A DNA stretch of 64,000 nt. Origin: Octopus vulgaris (lineage: Eukaryota). Position 1 is the first letter of the stretch, and each line of letters opens with the position of its first letter. Below are positions 24,691 to 39,252 of this stretch, piece by piece. The DNA lies in contig OX597816.1 of the NCBI GenBank assembly GCA_951406725.2, positions 144,894,001 to 144,958,000 on the forward strand. Direction: 5' to 3'. A program made the position numbers and the translations under genes. The notes below the pieces were generated by a model that worked only from the letters and a program-made list of their open reading frames with translations, did no database searches and was not told where the DNA came from.

Positions 24691-26459
24691 GTGAGTTTAA
24701 ACAATTTGCTTGTACATACATATACACATGTATATACACATATGTGTGCATGCACACATATATATGCTTGTTTTTTGAAATTTATTTAAATTCTTAATGG
24801 AATTCAAGTAAGTTATTTACAGTGACAAGTTTTTTTTTTGTTTGAGTCAAAAGAATTCCAGGAATTTGTGAATGTATGAGTTAGTATGTGCATATATATA
24901 TATATATATATATAGGTGGATATACCTGCATGTTTATGGTATGGGTATGTATATATTTCTTTTGTGAATTTGTGTATGATTGCTCTTCATGTGTTTGTGT
25001 ACCACATATACACAAGATTGTGTATATATACTGATACTAGGAAATTCAAATGGTAGTGCCATAGAGGTAGTGCATCTCATCCAAGTTGACTCTCTCCCTA
25101 ATCAGTTGGGCTATGGCCCTCTCCATAACCTTCATTACTTGATCCAGATGATGATATCATCATTTTATGCCTACTTTCTATCTTTCAAGATAATTGCTAT
25201 GGGTAACATTTTTTTTATTTTCCTCAATGTGATTAACTTCTAGTTTCTACATTGTTCTCACTATTCCATCCACTTTGTGTTTTGTCATTGTTTTAGAGAA
25301 AAGGCAAAGCTAACCATGTTGATGGTTGAACATGTGAGTTCAAATCCCCACAGTATCTACTTGCCCTTTCATCCTTAAAGGTAAAGTACTAGTCAATTTT
25401 AAGGCTGTTTATTATACTCCTTTGCTAAATGTACAGCCTTATGTCATCATTGTTTTGACATCCACTTTCCCATGCTTACATGGCTCAGATGGAATTTGTT
25501 GAGACAGATTTTCTATAGCTGATGTTCTTTCTGTAGCCAATGCTTACCTGTTTCCAAGCAGGGCAATATTTACCCATCCTCAGACATGATTTTGTTGGAG
25601 AATGGAAATAAACGACATCACTTGTATGATAATGATACATGTTTACAACCATCATGTGATGTCAACACAAGTGTACATACATACACAGACACTCACATGC
25701 ATGTACACACACACACCATCACTATCATCATCATTACCATTTAACATCTGTTTGCCTTGCTGGTATAGTTTGACAGGAGCTGGCAACCCAGACGACTGCA
25801 CTAAGCTCTACTGTCTATTTTGGTATAGTTTTTATTGTTGGATGCTCTTCCTAAAGCCAACCACTCTAGAGAGAGTGTTCAAAGTGCTTTTTATGTCTAC
25901 CAAATTCATTTACAAGGCTTTGGTTGATCCATGACTACAGTAGAAGACATCTAAGATGCCATGCAGTAAGACTGAACCTAAAACCATATTGTTGGGCAGC
26001 AAACTTCTTAACCACACAACCACTCTTGCACCTTATGTACATGTGTATATAAATACACATATATATTGACAACAGGTTTCTTTCAGTTTCTATCTAATAA
26101 ATTGCTCACAAGGCTTTACTTATCCTAGGGCTATAGTAAAAGATGCTTGCCCAAGGTACCATGCAGTGGAACTGAAACTGAAGCCTCATTGTTAGTAAGC
26201 AAGCTATTTATCTACACAGCCATACCTGTCAGTGTTAGAAAAAAGATTGGCTGAATCATTAGAACCTTGGTTAAAATATTTAGCAGTACATAGTTGCAGC
26301 CCTTAAATGTTTGGTGTTCAACAATGTTTTTTTATCCGATGGAGCTTGTAAAATATAGTACCAGTCAAGTTCTAGGATCAATGTAATTGACTGACCCAGC
26401 TTCTCCAAGATTATTGTTCTTGTGTCTAAATTAGAAACAATTATTATTTTAATTTCTAG

Positions 26460-26570
26460 GATGAGAGATCCTTTACAGAAGAAGAAGAAAGCAAGCTGGA
26501 ACAGACATTAGATCTACCTGCTGCTGACTTGGAGCTAATGATACAGTCTCTTGAGTTCTTTTTGCAACAG
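26460..26570 (+). CDS. COMMD10: COMMD10 exon 3 (DERSFTEEEESKLEQTLDLPAADLELMIQSLEFFLQQ)
   Basis: ttctag| acceptor and |gtcagt donor; matches SFSEEEEEKLQ. Confidence 0.92.
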
Positions 26571-29486
26571 GTCAGTCAATAAATTTATAATTCTTGTTGT
26601 TCAGTTAAGTTCAGCTGGAATAATATAGTTTGGCTATGATTATATTTGTGGACATTTTATTTCAGCCTATGTTATCCAGTGTGTTTTGTGTTATTATTAA
26701 ATGACTTTAAAGAAATCTGGCTTCTATTTTTAGCAGGGTGAGTGACTACATAGAAGCTACCTCCATACATCATTATGGCTGAGATAGAAACATTTATATT
26801 TACAGATACCATCATCCTTACCTTTTAACATTTGTTTTCCATGGGTTGGGCAGTTCAGCTGAATCTGATGAGCCGAAGGACAGTGTCAAGCTTCACTGTT
26901 TGTTCCGATAGGGTTTGAATGGCTGGATGCCTTTCCTAATACCAACCATTTTACAGCATGTACTGGGCATATTTTCTTTTTGTAGCACTGGTCCTAGAGA
27001 GGGCAGCAAGAAACTTTCAAGACAAAGTCCTTTGACTGAGTGGGTGTGCAGTTTTGATGGAGGTAGCTTTATACCTAGTGCTGAGTGGCTAAAGTATGAT
27101 AGAATGACCAGGTATAAGTGTCTCATTATAGAAGAAATATTTCGCTACCTAAGATAGAAAAAGAGAAAAAATGGTAATGGCAGTGTCAAGATGTAACCTC
27201 AAAGTACAAGAAGGTAAAAGTAAGTGAAAATGGGGACAGACCATCAGGAAGGGAGGGTGGATAAGTTCTTAAAAATGTGGAATGATAGTGATAAGATGGT
27301 TAGTGATGGAAATAGATGTGAATGCAGTGAATGAAGAGAAGGGATGGAGGCATGGTTAAAGGTGGATACCAGAAAATAGAAGTCAATCAGGGTGGAGGAG
27401 GTCATTAGCAGCCTTATGGAAAGAAGCAGTATAATAAAACCCACAAATACAGAGAAAGATGTGGAATATTAAAATGATGTGAAGTGTAAGGACAAAGAGC
27501 GAGATGCACAGAGATAGAGGTTAGTGGTATGTAAAAGTGGATATAGTGAATGACAAAGGTGGGAAGTGGGCATCGCTGGTAGATATGACAGGGTGTTCAG
27601 TGACAGATAAAGTGCTCTGTGTGATATTGAGAATGTGAGATGGGTGCTTGAAGGAAGTGGTTACAAGGAGAGAGAGATAACTGATAATACAAAAGCGAGA
27701 TGAAATATGTGCAGTTCTGCTCTCATATCATTACAGCTGCTGAATTAATAGTGCCCTAGTTAAAAAAAGTGATAGAGGGATGGGTGAGACTTTACACCAG
27801 CCACAGTAGTCCTTAGTAGGTTGTCTTGTAGGAACTTGAAATTGTCTTCTATACTGTACCTCTTTATTTTTATCAAATTTCAACTAGAATATCTCTAAAT
27901 TTCTGACTTTTTGCAAGGTCTGTTTTCCTATCTTCCTTTTCCAGATAGGTTTGTTTCTCTGAGTCATTATAGTTTTAAGTCCGATGTCACTTACCATTGA
28001 CTTAGATTGTATACTCTTCTCATGGGAAAGACATTGCACTTACAAGCATCTGTCTATCCTGTATTTTCTTGAGAATTTAGTCAATTTGGCATGTGTGCCC
28101 AACAGACTGATAAGTAATCTGGCAGCTTGTCGGTTTCCTGAAGTTAGTGTTGCAGACCATCAAGCTGTTGCATCACAGAACTCCAGCAGCTTTGTTCCAT
28201 CCTCATTTGTAACACCAAAGCAATAACTTCCATCATTTTTGGAATCCATCGGGATGCTGGCCAACATGTTAGATGAAGAGTCACAATAATAAATTTTCTC
28301 TTATTCATCATTGCGATGATTTGTAGAAGGACCTTATGTTCATCTGTCATCCCTGATTATGGAACATTGGTGAGATAAGTGTCAGTGTTGATTTCTCTAA
28401 GACAAGCCTAAGCCTAACTATCACATCATACTCTGACTACCTTGATTACTTTATCTAACCACATCTCTCCCAAAAAGCATGCAAGCACCACCTACCCCAT
28501 TACTACTGTGCCTACCTTAAAGAATTTGTTCATGGACAAAGTAGTGAGAAAGGATCTACAAGCATTGGGACTCACAGAGGGTATGACAGGGGACTGAGAC
28601 TCCTGCGGTTTTGCTGTGCTTGAAAACATACATCAAGCTAAGTAAAAGTGTGGTTGCCCTTGCATACAGGCTTTTTTCTTGCAACTTCCTCCAGCTGAGC
28701 ATTCCTAATCTTGTGGACTTATAAATGCTGGTGCCACATAAAAAGCACCCATACTGGTGCTATGTAAAAGCACCCAGTACACTATGTAAATTGGTTGGTG
28801 TTAGGAAGAGCATCCAGCCTAGAAGCCATACCAAAACAGACATGGAGCCTGAACAGCCTTTCATCTGGCCATCTTCTGTCAAACTGTTCAACCTATGCCA
28901 GCTTGGAAAACAAATGTTAAATGGTGATGATGTTTCTTGTTCACGGGGAATCTAGCTGATGCCTCATGGACACGGCACATGTCTACATGCTTCTGTTCTA
29001 GCATTTCTATAATCTCACTGGTTCTATCTTTAATTGGGCTGACATTGACTGTGGTGGCTCTAAAGTTGTAAACTTAAAGGAAGACTGGGGGGATAGTTAG
29101 GGGAACAGTTGCCAGCACCTGTAAAGAAGATTGCAAATACTTACCACCTAGTGAAGGGCTCCTTTACAGTGAAATTAATCAAGCAATTACCACTTAATGA
29201 ATTACAATTTCCTCAATATTATGAACCATCTAGGACAAGCAACCATAAGAATAAGAGGAGAACTGGAATTGTATTTTTTTTTTTTGAGAGTGGAATTCTT
29301 GCTAGCTGAAAGAGAGAAGAGAGTACATAACAAGTAGTGTGAAAGAGAAATGGTAATATCGTGTCTGCAAATCACTTGCTCATGTCATATTTAATATCTC
29401 TATATATAAGCATTTATGTGTATATACATATAGATACACATAAATATATATTACATGTTATCAATGGTGTTTGATATTTATTGCAG

Positions 29487-29558
29487 GCTGCTTACCATTC
29501 AGCTAAACCAGCTGTGTTGAAACAGCAACTTGAGCAACTGGAGATCAACGAAGATAAG
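29487..29558 (+). CDS. COMMD10: COMMD10 exon 4 (AAYHSAKPAVLKQQLEQLEINEDK)
   Basis: ttgcag| acceptor and |gtaagt donor; matches AVYHNVKPAALQQQLE. Confidence 0.92.
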
Positions 29559-29903
29559 GTAAGTTGCCTTTTCTTTCCAGTATTATTTTTTCTTTGACTG
29601 GTTTCAGTTATTGGACTATGGCAATACTAGAATTAACACCATCAAAGGTGTTAATCAAATATATTGGTTTTATGGCTTTGTTTGGTACTTATTTCTCTTC
29701 ATATGGGAAATTAAATCCAAAGTCAACAGTGGTCTAATGACTGAAACAAGTGAAATATATATGTATGTATGTGTGTGTTTGTGTGTGTGCATGCGTATAT
29801 GTCACAATATCTATTAGAGGGAGGGAAAGAAGGGGAGGAATCAAAATATACATCACAATGTATTTTTTGAAGGGAAGGAGAAAAAGTTGTTGAGAGAAAT
29901 GCA

Positions 29904-29940
<37 letters not shown>

Positions 29941-30404
29941 AAGTGTGTGTGTTTGTGTGTGCACATGAAAGGTGGTGTTGTCACCATAGTAACTAATAAG
30001 TTTTGATTGAAAACATGGAAGTTTTAAGTGCAAAATTGTCAACACAACACAGCTTTAAAGAGCAAAAGACTTTCATTATATAACAATATAAATTATTTGT
30101 TTGGTTGTTTGTGTGTCTGTGTATTTGTGTATGTTTTCAACATAGAGACAATGCAGCCCATATTTTAAAAAGACTTTCACTATAATGACAGGTCTTTGAG
30201 AGAAAAATATAGTGAGAGAGAGAGAGAATGTGTGTGTGTGTAAAAGATTGGCAGAAACTAACAAAACATTTACTATATAACTGTTTATTATTAAAAGAAA
30301 GTGCCTGCATAATTAACAATTTTTTTTCTTTCTGATAGTGTAGCAATGGGTAAAGACCTTGTATACATAATAAAATTTTGTATATATGTGCATTTTGGTT
30401 TCAG

Positions 30405-30488
30405 ATACAGGCGATTGTTGAGGCATGGTCAACGCATGCCAAGGAAATACTTCAGAAGTTAAGACAAAGAACACTGGTACCAGATCAG
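30405..30488 (+). CDS. COMMD10: COMMD10 exon 5 (IQAIVEAWSTHAKEILQKLRQRTLVPDQ)
   Basis: tttcag| acceptor and |gtacgc donor; matches AFVNTWS...EKFRQRILAP. Confidence 0.9.
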
Positions 30489-31453
30489 GTACGCATTTGA
30501 GTTCACACAAATTGACACTTGTATCATTAATGCTATTTTCTTTGATGTTGTTATTCTACCTCTATTACCATTTAATATGGATGTTAAATGGTGATAATGA
30601 TGATTTAGGGTATGTGTATTTATCTCATTCCTAAGACCCTATTGTTTTTATGATTTTTCTTTTCAACTTTCATTGGGTCAGTACCTTAAGAATGGTACTC
30701 TGATGAAACACAATTTCCTTCCTTTATTTTTTTGAGGTGCAAGACCTAATCCATTGTCCAGCTTAAGACATTACCACTAGCCTTAGTCTTTAATGAAGTG
30801 TGATCTGTTGCAAGTATTCAGACCAAGTTTCTAGCCTGAGTATAATATGTGATTTTAATGGAATGCTTTCTAAACACCCTCTTTTGCCGAGTACCTCTGT
30901 TTGTTAAAAGTTACATGATGATGAAGTGACTTTCTGACATAGGCTTGCCTCCAGATCTTGTAGAAATACTGCTTCATGAATAACATTATGAGATGTTGAC
31001 ATATTTCCTTGTAGATAATCCTGTTTTTTTTTCCCCTCTAATTTGAGACTGATGTGTCAGAAAGCACAATATGTTGAGAGGCTGCCAACTTCTAGAGATT
31101 TCAAAGTTGTGGTTAGCAGCAACCCATAAACTGTAATATATATTTCCCCTTTCCTATATCACAGTCTCTTAGATGTTGCTTACATCATGAGTCTGTCCCA
31201 CCTCCTTTGACTAAACTATGTAAAAAGAATATTAAATCTGTTCATTCAGTTAACTGATTCCTATTAGTCTTTCAGCTTTTTCATTGTTACCATGTAAACA
31301 ATTAGTAAATTCATTTTCAGTCGAGACTAAACAGAATCAACAGTGCATGACAATTTTTTTTCAGTAAAAATTACATATCAAATTTGAAGAAATTTCTTTT
31401 ATATTATTAAAATATTTCTTTATTTTATTTCATTCTGTGGTTCAATTTACTAG

Positions 31454-31564
31454 TTGAATGCCATCAACTGGCGGCTCAACTTGGAGATGGCCAATGGTAG
31501 TCGATCAAAAATGAAACAACCTAATGCAATGTTTGAACTGAAGATAAACCGAGAAGGCAAACAG
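31454..31564 (+). CDS. COMMD10: COMMD10 exon 6 (LNAINWRLNLEMANGSRSKMKQPNAMFELKINREGKQ), COMM domain
   Basis: tactag| acceptor and |gtatca donor; COMM-domain W and P signature residues. Confidence 0.92.
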
Positions 31565-33097
31565 GTATCATTATTTGTGTCATTATTATAATTTTCATCA
31601 TCATTATGTCTCTTTTACTGCTTTTAGCATTAGTTTCAAGCAGAAACAACACAATATCTTTCCACAAACCCTGATCTTTTGTCCATGTTTATGTGGACTA
31701 GTTTTCTTCAGGATTATCTACCATTATCTCTTCACAAAACTTTCTTTGATAGTGTTATATCTTAAACACTCCTCTGTTTGTCTCAACACCTATTTGGTTT
31801 ATAAGATCAATACTGAGCAATCCATCTTAATTCATTCCATCCTAATCCATTTTGTCCTTGTATGAAATACTGTTGTCATATTTGGGCAGGTGCACCATCT
31901 TGTCACTTGGATCTCCTTGACCAGGTTCAAACTGAGTCTAATTTGATTAGTCCCTCTTGTTTCAACTCTGTAATCCTTGTCTCAGCAATGTGTCACCACC
32001 AGCCTTAGTCTTTTTTTTTTGTTATTACCACAGGAAGTATTCTGATAAACTTCCTCAGTTCCAGATCACTTTGTACCATTTTGCCTGACTCAGAACTCAA
32101 CATCTTCATCCAACTGCTGTTGTGCTTCTATGAATAAGGAAGTCTTTCTACAGTTGTAACTTTTTCCCTCAAACTGCTAAACTTTCTGATCAGTTCCAGA
32201 CTTAGGAATTGTCTTCCATCTCATTTTCCTCCTCCTTATGACATCTTCTCTTTCAAGGTGAAAGTAAATTCATTCCTTACACCTTAATTTCTCCTTTATA
32301 GTTTCATATGCTAAGTGGCTTCTCACCTTGTTTTGAGACTTTCTTACCAAAAACTAAAAATTTCTTAAATATGAACACAAAATGGCTGCAGTATCCAAAC
32401 CATGAGCATCAAAATATTTTCTTTCACTATTAATATTTTATGTAGCTTAGTAGCCTAATACAGTGTGTGTTTCTGTGCATTGTGAAACAAAATTATGCTT
32501 TGATTTGTTTGAGCATGAAACTAAAGCACAAGGTCAATTAGTTTAACTGAAAACATGTCAGTATTTATGAGTGCCTCGTATATTTTGTTGTTGCTGGTCT
32601 TTTCTAAACATTTTCACTGTGTATCTTTTATTATTTTGCTTAGACATAGTGATGCTAATAATATGTTGTTAGAGCTCAATATACTTATGCTTTAGAGAAA
32701 AGTATCAAGTGACTACAGAGTGTAATATTAATAAATGAATGACAGAAGAACATGTGCTACACAAGCACATCAATTAACTTACCATGCTAAAACTGACCTC
32801 GCCTGTGCTGGTGCCATGTAAAAAGCACTCAGTCCACACTGTAGAGCCATTGGTGTTAGGAAGGGCATCCAGCTGTAAAAACCATACCAAAACAGACAGT
32901 GAAGCATGGTGCAGTCTTTTACCTAGCCAGCTCCTGTCAAATCGTCCAACCCATGTCAGTATGGAAAGCAGATGTTAAATGATGATGATGACAATGTTTC
33001 TGCTGTAAGTAATAGTTCACTCAGAGTTGAGTGCTCATGCAACATCTTATAGCTGCCTCAGAGCCATTTATATATAAACATGTGTATATATAAATAT

Positions 33098-34327
33098 TAG
33101 GGTATCCTAAAGCTATGTATACATGTTTTAACAGCTGATAACTCACCTAATTTTAATTTCCTTTTAGCTTTAACCCATTAGAAATTATGAGGGGAGCCAG
33201 ATTAAGCTTTGAACCAAAGAAATTTATCCTAATGTGTTACTGGAAGTTAGAAGGCTCAGTTGAAGTGCATAGACAGTTCAAGAGGATGTTTGAAATAGAT
33301 CCACCTATGCAACTTTCTGTCACTTGAATTAAAGACAAGTTTGAAATTAGATGGAACTGATCAGAATGTCTACAAGAAGTGTTCTGAAGAACCCCAACAA
33401 AGTAGTAGAAACATATTGCTAGAGTTCAAGAGAATTTGTATGGCAAATGAGTTGTGAGATATGAATTTTGAAATCAAATGACCATTGTATTTTGAAGTAC
33501 CATCATTGGAAAGTTACATTCCAAGAATAGTCCATGCTCTTAAAGATGATCTGGACTAAGAGTAGATGTTTTCTTAGCAGTACTAGGCAAGCTTTGTAGA
33601 ATATGTTCCAGCAAAGATTGTTTGTAATGATATGACTATGGCTATGTTTAAATTAAGTGGCTCAATAAACTTCCATAATCACACTTACTGGAGATCTGAG
33701 AATTTGTATATTATGTATGGTCATCATGTTAATTTATCAAGAGTTATAGTATGGTGTGACTTATCAGCAAAAAGTTTAGTTAGACCTTTTTTTTTTGTGA
33801 TGGTTCTATGACTGGTACCATTTACTTGACAATCTGTCAGAGGAAACATTCAACTGGACTTTGAAAATGTGAAGCTTTATTTCCAACAAGATGGTGTACC
33901 CACTTATTACCATAATGATGTTAGGGCCTACATTAAGATGCTGAGTTCTGCTAAACAGGTGGATTGGATGAAGAGGTTCAGTAGAATACCTTCTGTCTGT
34001 GTTCAGCAGATCTCACAGCTCTAGACATTTTTTTCATGAGGATTCTTAAAAGATAAAGTTTCTGGTACAAAACTGGCAATAGTCAACAAATTCAGAAGAA
34101 GAAAGTGCAGAAGCTCTGAATGAATATGTCTAGATGTTTTTGATTGCATTACTTCACACTATCAGCAATGTCTGGACTAGAATGGTTATCAGTTTGAAAA
34201 TAGGCATTCATAAAAAAATTCTGTATGTAGTTGTAGATTCTATTCAATTTTGAATGTGAAATGCTTTTGTATAAATACTTACTTTATAATCATTCAATGT
34301 ATATATACATTTTGTGGGGACATCCTA
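33098..34327 (+). mobile_element. Decayed rosa-like Tc1/mariner element in COMMD10 intron 6
   Basis: YFQQDGVP, WIG*RGSVE and ADLTALD motifs; degenerate TIRs tagggtatcc / ggacatccta. Confidence 0.7.
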
Positions 34328-34723
34328 AAATACTACAGCTTTGTTGTGTTTATCAGCATACATACATTAAGAATATGATATTGATAATGCTTACATTACT
34401 GAGCTGCTTCTAACACAAAATTTGGATATATATATATACATACATACATATATATATATTTAAAATCCTATTATTGATTATACATTTTAACATGAATTTG
34501 CTATCCTGGAAAATCTTTGGATAATTGTCATGGTAAAAGACAGCTACTTATTTGAAAAATCCCCATTGAGCTCAAAGGATATACCGAATATATGATTGTG
34601 TCTTACTATCTGATGAATATTCAGAGATTTTTGTTCTGGTTTTGAAACTTTGTCACAATATATAATCTCTAAAAGCTTCATATCATTCTGATTATAACTT
34701 GTCATTCTCACTCTCTTTTTCAG

Positions 34724-34783
34724 AATGCTGAAAAACTACAATTAGAATTTTCACACCAGGAACTGTATAATTTCTATAACCAG
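34724..34783 (+). CDS. COMMD10: COMMD10 exon 7 (NAEKLQLEFSHQELYNFYNQ)
   Basis: tttttcag| acceptor and |gtctgt donor; matches EFSHKELFDFYNK. Confidence 0.92.
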
Positions 34784-34999
34784 GTCTGTTAATAGATTTT
34801 TTTTTCCCATTGAAATAAATATATTGTGTATACTTGGGAATTAGTTTTGTACCTTATGGACTGCTTTTACAAATCTGTACCCCGTTGTAAGAGCATTAAC
34901 GGTATTATTAGAGTTCTAATGCTTCTATTAGTTCAGCTAATAGAAGCATTAGAACATTAACTTGACTGTTATTTAGTATTTAGATAACATCTCCATGTG

Positions 35000-35835
35000 C
35001 AAGGTGCATTGCAGAAGTTTTGAGACTTTTTCATGAGAGACATTTATTTCAAAGAAGTACAAGACTCTAATCTTCTTTGAAGTACAATTCTCTGACTTCA
35101 ATGCACTTGTAGCATTCCAGTCACTTTAACAAGGTTCTATGAAGTTTTTCTAAATGAAGGTGTCCAGGACCCTTGTCACAGCTTCTTTCATCATCTCCTT
35201 CAGCTTGGGGACAGTTTTGAAGTCACAGGGAGCAGATTGAGGGACAGTTTTGAAGTTCAGTTTTGTCAAGTAGTTGGTTACCAAGATGGTATTGTGGATT
35301 GGTGCATTGTCCTGGTATAAGTGTTCTAGCCTTTAGTGATAAAATTTCTTCCTAAACTCCTCAAAACCTCTACAACGTAGTATTTGTTGACCGTCTTGCC
35401 AGAGAGAACTCGGTGGATGTAGATGATACACTTGCTGTCAAAAAAAAAAAAAGGATTATCTTGAGATTTCCTGGTGACTTGCTTTGCCTGCTTCCTTATG
35501 CCAGCAAAAAATAGTTGCTTGGCACATTCAAGTGAATCCATAATCACTCTGAATCATTCCATAAGTTTCAGTAGTGTTTTTACCCAGTTTAACAAAGCTT
35601 TATTGCATAGCAAGCTTCCAAATTGTCATCATGTCCTGACTACGTCCTGAAAACTAGTCAGCTGTGACAAGCAGTATGTAGTAGATTGTGTTCAAAGTGC
35701 TGTTACTCCCATCTCATTCAATTTGGAATAATGAAAGTTAACAGGCCAGCTTTTTTGATGTATAGTAATGATATACTAAAATTACAATAATCTTGGGCTG
35801 TTAGAACTGCTTCTAAACTTCCAGAATGCACCTTG
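35000..35835 (-). mobile_element. Mariner remnant in COMMD10 intron 7
   Basis: TIRs caaggtgcattgcagaagttt / aaacttccagaatgcaccttg; FFFFDSKCII...GKTVNKYYVVEVLRSL and HQDNAP motifs. Confidence 0.8.
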
Positions 35836-36839
35836 CAACGTCTGTAAGTCTTGTCTGCTGGTGCCAAAGTTTAAAGTTTTTATTGATAGTAAGTGCATCC
35901 AGGCATAGAAACCATGCCAAAAAATGGAGTGTTTAAGTCAGATGTGCCCCTGACTGTTTAGGAGGGCAGTAGTTCCAAATAAGGACAATATAATAGCAAT
36001 AAGTTCACCATTATTATAAATCCCTTGTTCTTTCTCTTACATTTGAATTTCGTATTCTGCCAGGGCTGCATTTTTAATCCAGCCTTTCATACGAGATAAA
36101 ATTCATAGTAATCATTTATCTACTAGGGTTAATTCTGTTGACTGTAAGTATGTGAATATTAGGCCAATAGAAAAAAAAATCATTATTATCCTAACTTATT
36201 TTGTAAGACCTTTATATCTTTAAATTTTTCTAAAGTTATTAGCATTGGATGATATCAAACTAGAAGGACATAACAAAACTTTAAGCTCTGAATGTAGAAG
36301 ACAACACTAAATATTAAAAGAATCTAAATCAATAATTGAAGGATTTCAAGTGATGTATGTGATATAGAGGGTCACACATGAAGCTGTCTAGTTTGAGACT
36401 ACATCCATGCCCAGGCTTTCACCAGGGGTTACCCTGTCTCTACATTTCACTAGATATTCTTTTTTATTCTTTTCTTTGTTTCAGTCATTTTGACTGCTGT
36501 CATGCTGTACACTAAAAAACTAAACTGACTGAACAACTTACCCTCCTCTTTTTTAACATCTTTGGACTTTATGCCAATTTTGACCCTTTATATCACCTCT
36601 TACTAACATGCAAACCAGTGAATGATACATTTCCTGCCATTGTATGTAGTCCATCTCTGCTCATTACTTGAACTTCACTCCAAAAGATGTCGCTTGCACA
36701 CATGCAAATTTCACTCTTCATGCCTCTCGTCTCTATTTACATGGATGTCAGCAATATTGACTTATAGTTAAACTGGTTTCCAATTACTTTCTTTCACATT
36801 CTTTGACTCCTTGAATCATAAATAACTCTTTGACCATAT

Positions 36840-37360
36840 CTCTTCTTGCATTAAATGCCTATCCTCAACATGATAAAGACTGCATCTCAAATACTGTTCT
36901 TTGTTTTCAGTCAGAAAATGATTCAGTCCTCCCTAACTGCTAACACTTTTACAACACATAGGTGAGACCTAGACAAGAGTACTGCTACCACATCTGGAAC
37001 AATGCTGCTACTATGTGCACACATGCAAAGAAAGGCCACTACATTGAATGGCATCCATACTCATGCCTATACGAATACAGTTGCTCCTTCTTTTCTACTA
37101 TTACTACAATGGCCTCTGCTTTTTGGAGCTGGTTGGCTTCATGTCACTTATACTCAGCTGCTCTTGAGTCACGTTTCTTCTCTTTTAAGAATCATGTGAC
37201 CAACTTCCCAGGCCCCACACTAATCACTGAGTTCACTCTTTTCTTCTAAAGTCATTGGTCTTTTGGAATCCTGTCTCTGTGCATATCTTTTCTGTAGTTA
37301 TCAACTTGCAACAATTTAAGCAAAACATTAACAGTATGACTTCACCAGTCTTGGAGGGCC
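36840..37360 (+). mobile_element. CR1/Jockey-group LINE 3' fragment
   Basis: VRPRQEYCYHIW motif typical of the post-RT region. Confidence 0.55.
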
Positions 37361-37767
37361 TGCAAATGCTGTGGATCAAACTAATAAATTTAAAAAAAAA
37401 ACTCTCCTTAACTGTATCTTGAAAAGATAGAAATCTTTTAACTATCACATCTATGATACAAATCATCCATAACACTGGGATTCTGTTGACTCAGAATCTA
37501 GATTATGCTGTATATAAGACATTAGTCTATAGCTGACAATGTTCCTTAAAAGGTCCCATACCTATTTGCAGATGTTAAAGATACTAAAGTATGTGAAATC
37601 AGGTGTCCTGTTACAAAGAGAACAATGAAATTCTTGTAAGAGATATGACTTCCTCACTCTCCAACAAGAAGTTTGATATCTCATCCATAGTTATTTTCCC
37701 TATAAACCAAGTTTATCAAATGCTAATATTGCTCTATTAATTTGTTTTCCATTTTGTTATTTTTCAG

Positions 37768-37806
37768 CTTGAAACCATACAGAAACAGTTAGATAACCTT
37801 GATTGA
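37768..37806 (+). CDS. COMMD10: COMMD10 exon 8 (LETIQKQLDNLD*)
   Basis: ttttcag| acceptor, TGA stop; matches LETIQAQLDSLT. Spliced CDS is 597 nt = 198 aa. Confidence 0.92.
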   Translation, partial: LETIQKQLDNLD

Positions 37807-38996
37807 TTGGCATTCCAGCACAAAATATTTATAACCCATTGATGGCAGTTGAACCAAATTGCCAGACAGAATAAGGGGCTCTTTGTTAGTTTGTTTTTCT
37901 CTTTTGATGTGAGAAAATTGCCTTCAGTCTGAGGTAAAGCACGAAAGAGAAAATACTGTGTCTTTAAAAGAAAATGTCAGCTCATTTGGTATACATATTT
38001 ATCCTTACTCTATACAAGAATTAAGTATTAGTAGCAAACCACAATGCACTAAATACATCACCCAATCTAGTTGTAAATTCTGTTGTCTGAGTTACATGTT
38101 TTAAAAACTACAGCTGCAGACAGCTTCTGTAGGCAGTTGCTACCAACTAATCTTTTCTGCTGTATAGTTAAATATCATAGATTCACACAGATGCTTTAGA
38201 CTACATCCAAGTAAAACAAATCACTCAGCTGATACACAAACCTATACTCATTAGCAGACTGCTCAACATTTGCCTGCCATCAAGCTGTCTTCCATTTGTC
38301 TGCTGTTCCTTACTTTTGCTAATCAATGCCACTAAGTCTACTAAGTGTGTCTGTTTCCATCTCTTGCATCTATGACAGTTGTCTTCTCTCTCAGACTTGA
38401 TGCTATAGGGTTTCTACCTTAATTTTCAAAACTTCATATCTCTTGAAGTGCCTTGTCTAGAAGACCCATTTTGTTTACCAATTGTTCTGAAATAATCCAG
38501 AGTGTTTCAGAACCAGTGCACCACACCTGGTTATCCCTATCCAGTGTTTCAGAAAGTTATGGTTGCTACCCACCTCAGACACCTTTTCTCTATGTTAATA
38601 TTTTATTTCCAGTGACAGTAGTTCTTGGTAGACTACATGATTGATAGGTGGATTTATATTCATGCATTTAGGTGAGAGTTTTCAGTTGGTTACTTTAGCT
38701 GGTAAAAGCTCTTATACTGCTCACTTGAGAAAGTGCACATGGGTGAATGTGTTTGTAAGAAAACAAAATCAAGCTAACTTTAGTATTATAGCTAGTGGTA
38801 CTGGTTTCAACATATCTAGGTATATTGGTAACATATAGAGCTATTAAACTACCATCTGTATAATATTAACTGTGTGTAATTTCCATACAAAGAAGAAAGT
38901 GCTGGATTCTTAACACACTGTTCTTAAGAAACTATAAAACTTTAAAGACCTCCTATTATCATTAGCAAACATTGAAGCAACAGGGAAACCTTAGAT

Positions 38997-39252
38997 CAGT
39001 GGTTCTTGATCAGGATCCATATGGCCCCTGGAGGTCCATATAGGGTTTTGTTGTTAAAATTTATGTGCAATACATTGGTTATTCTTCTACAACACACAAT
39101 ATATTTTAACAGTTTTTTTCATATAGTTCCTAATAATATTTAATGATCAAAATATAATGCCATTTTTTAAATACTGAATGTCTAGGAGGGTCATCCAAGT
39201 AAAATAGCAATCAAAAGGGTCCCTAGGTAAAAAAAATAGTTGACAAACACTG
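38997..39252. mobile_element. hAT/Charlie-type MITE
   Basis: CAGTGGTT...AACACTG termini; 8-bp TSD-like flanks ccttagat / ctctagat. Confidence 0.65.
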
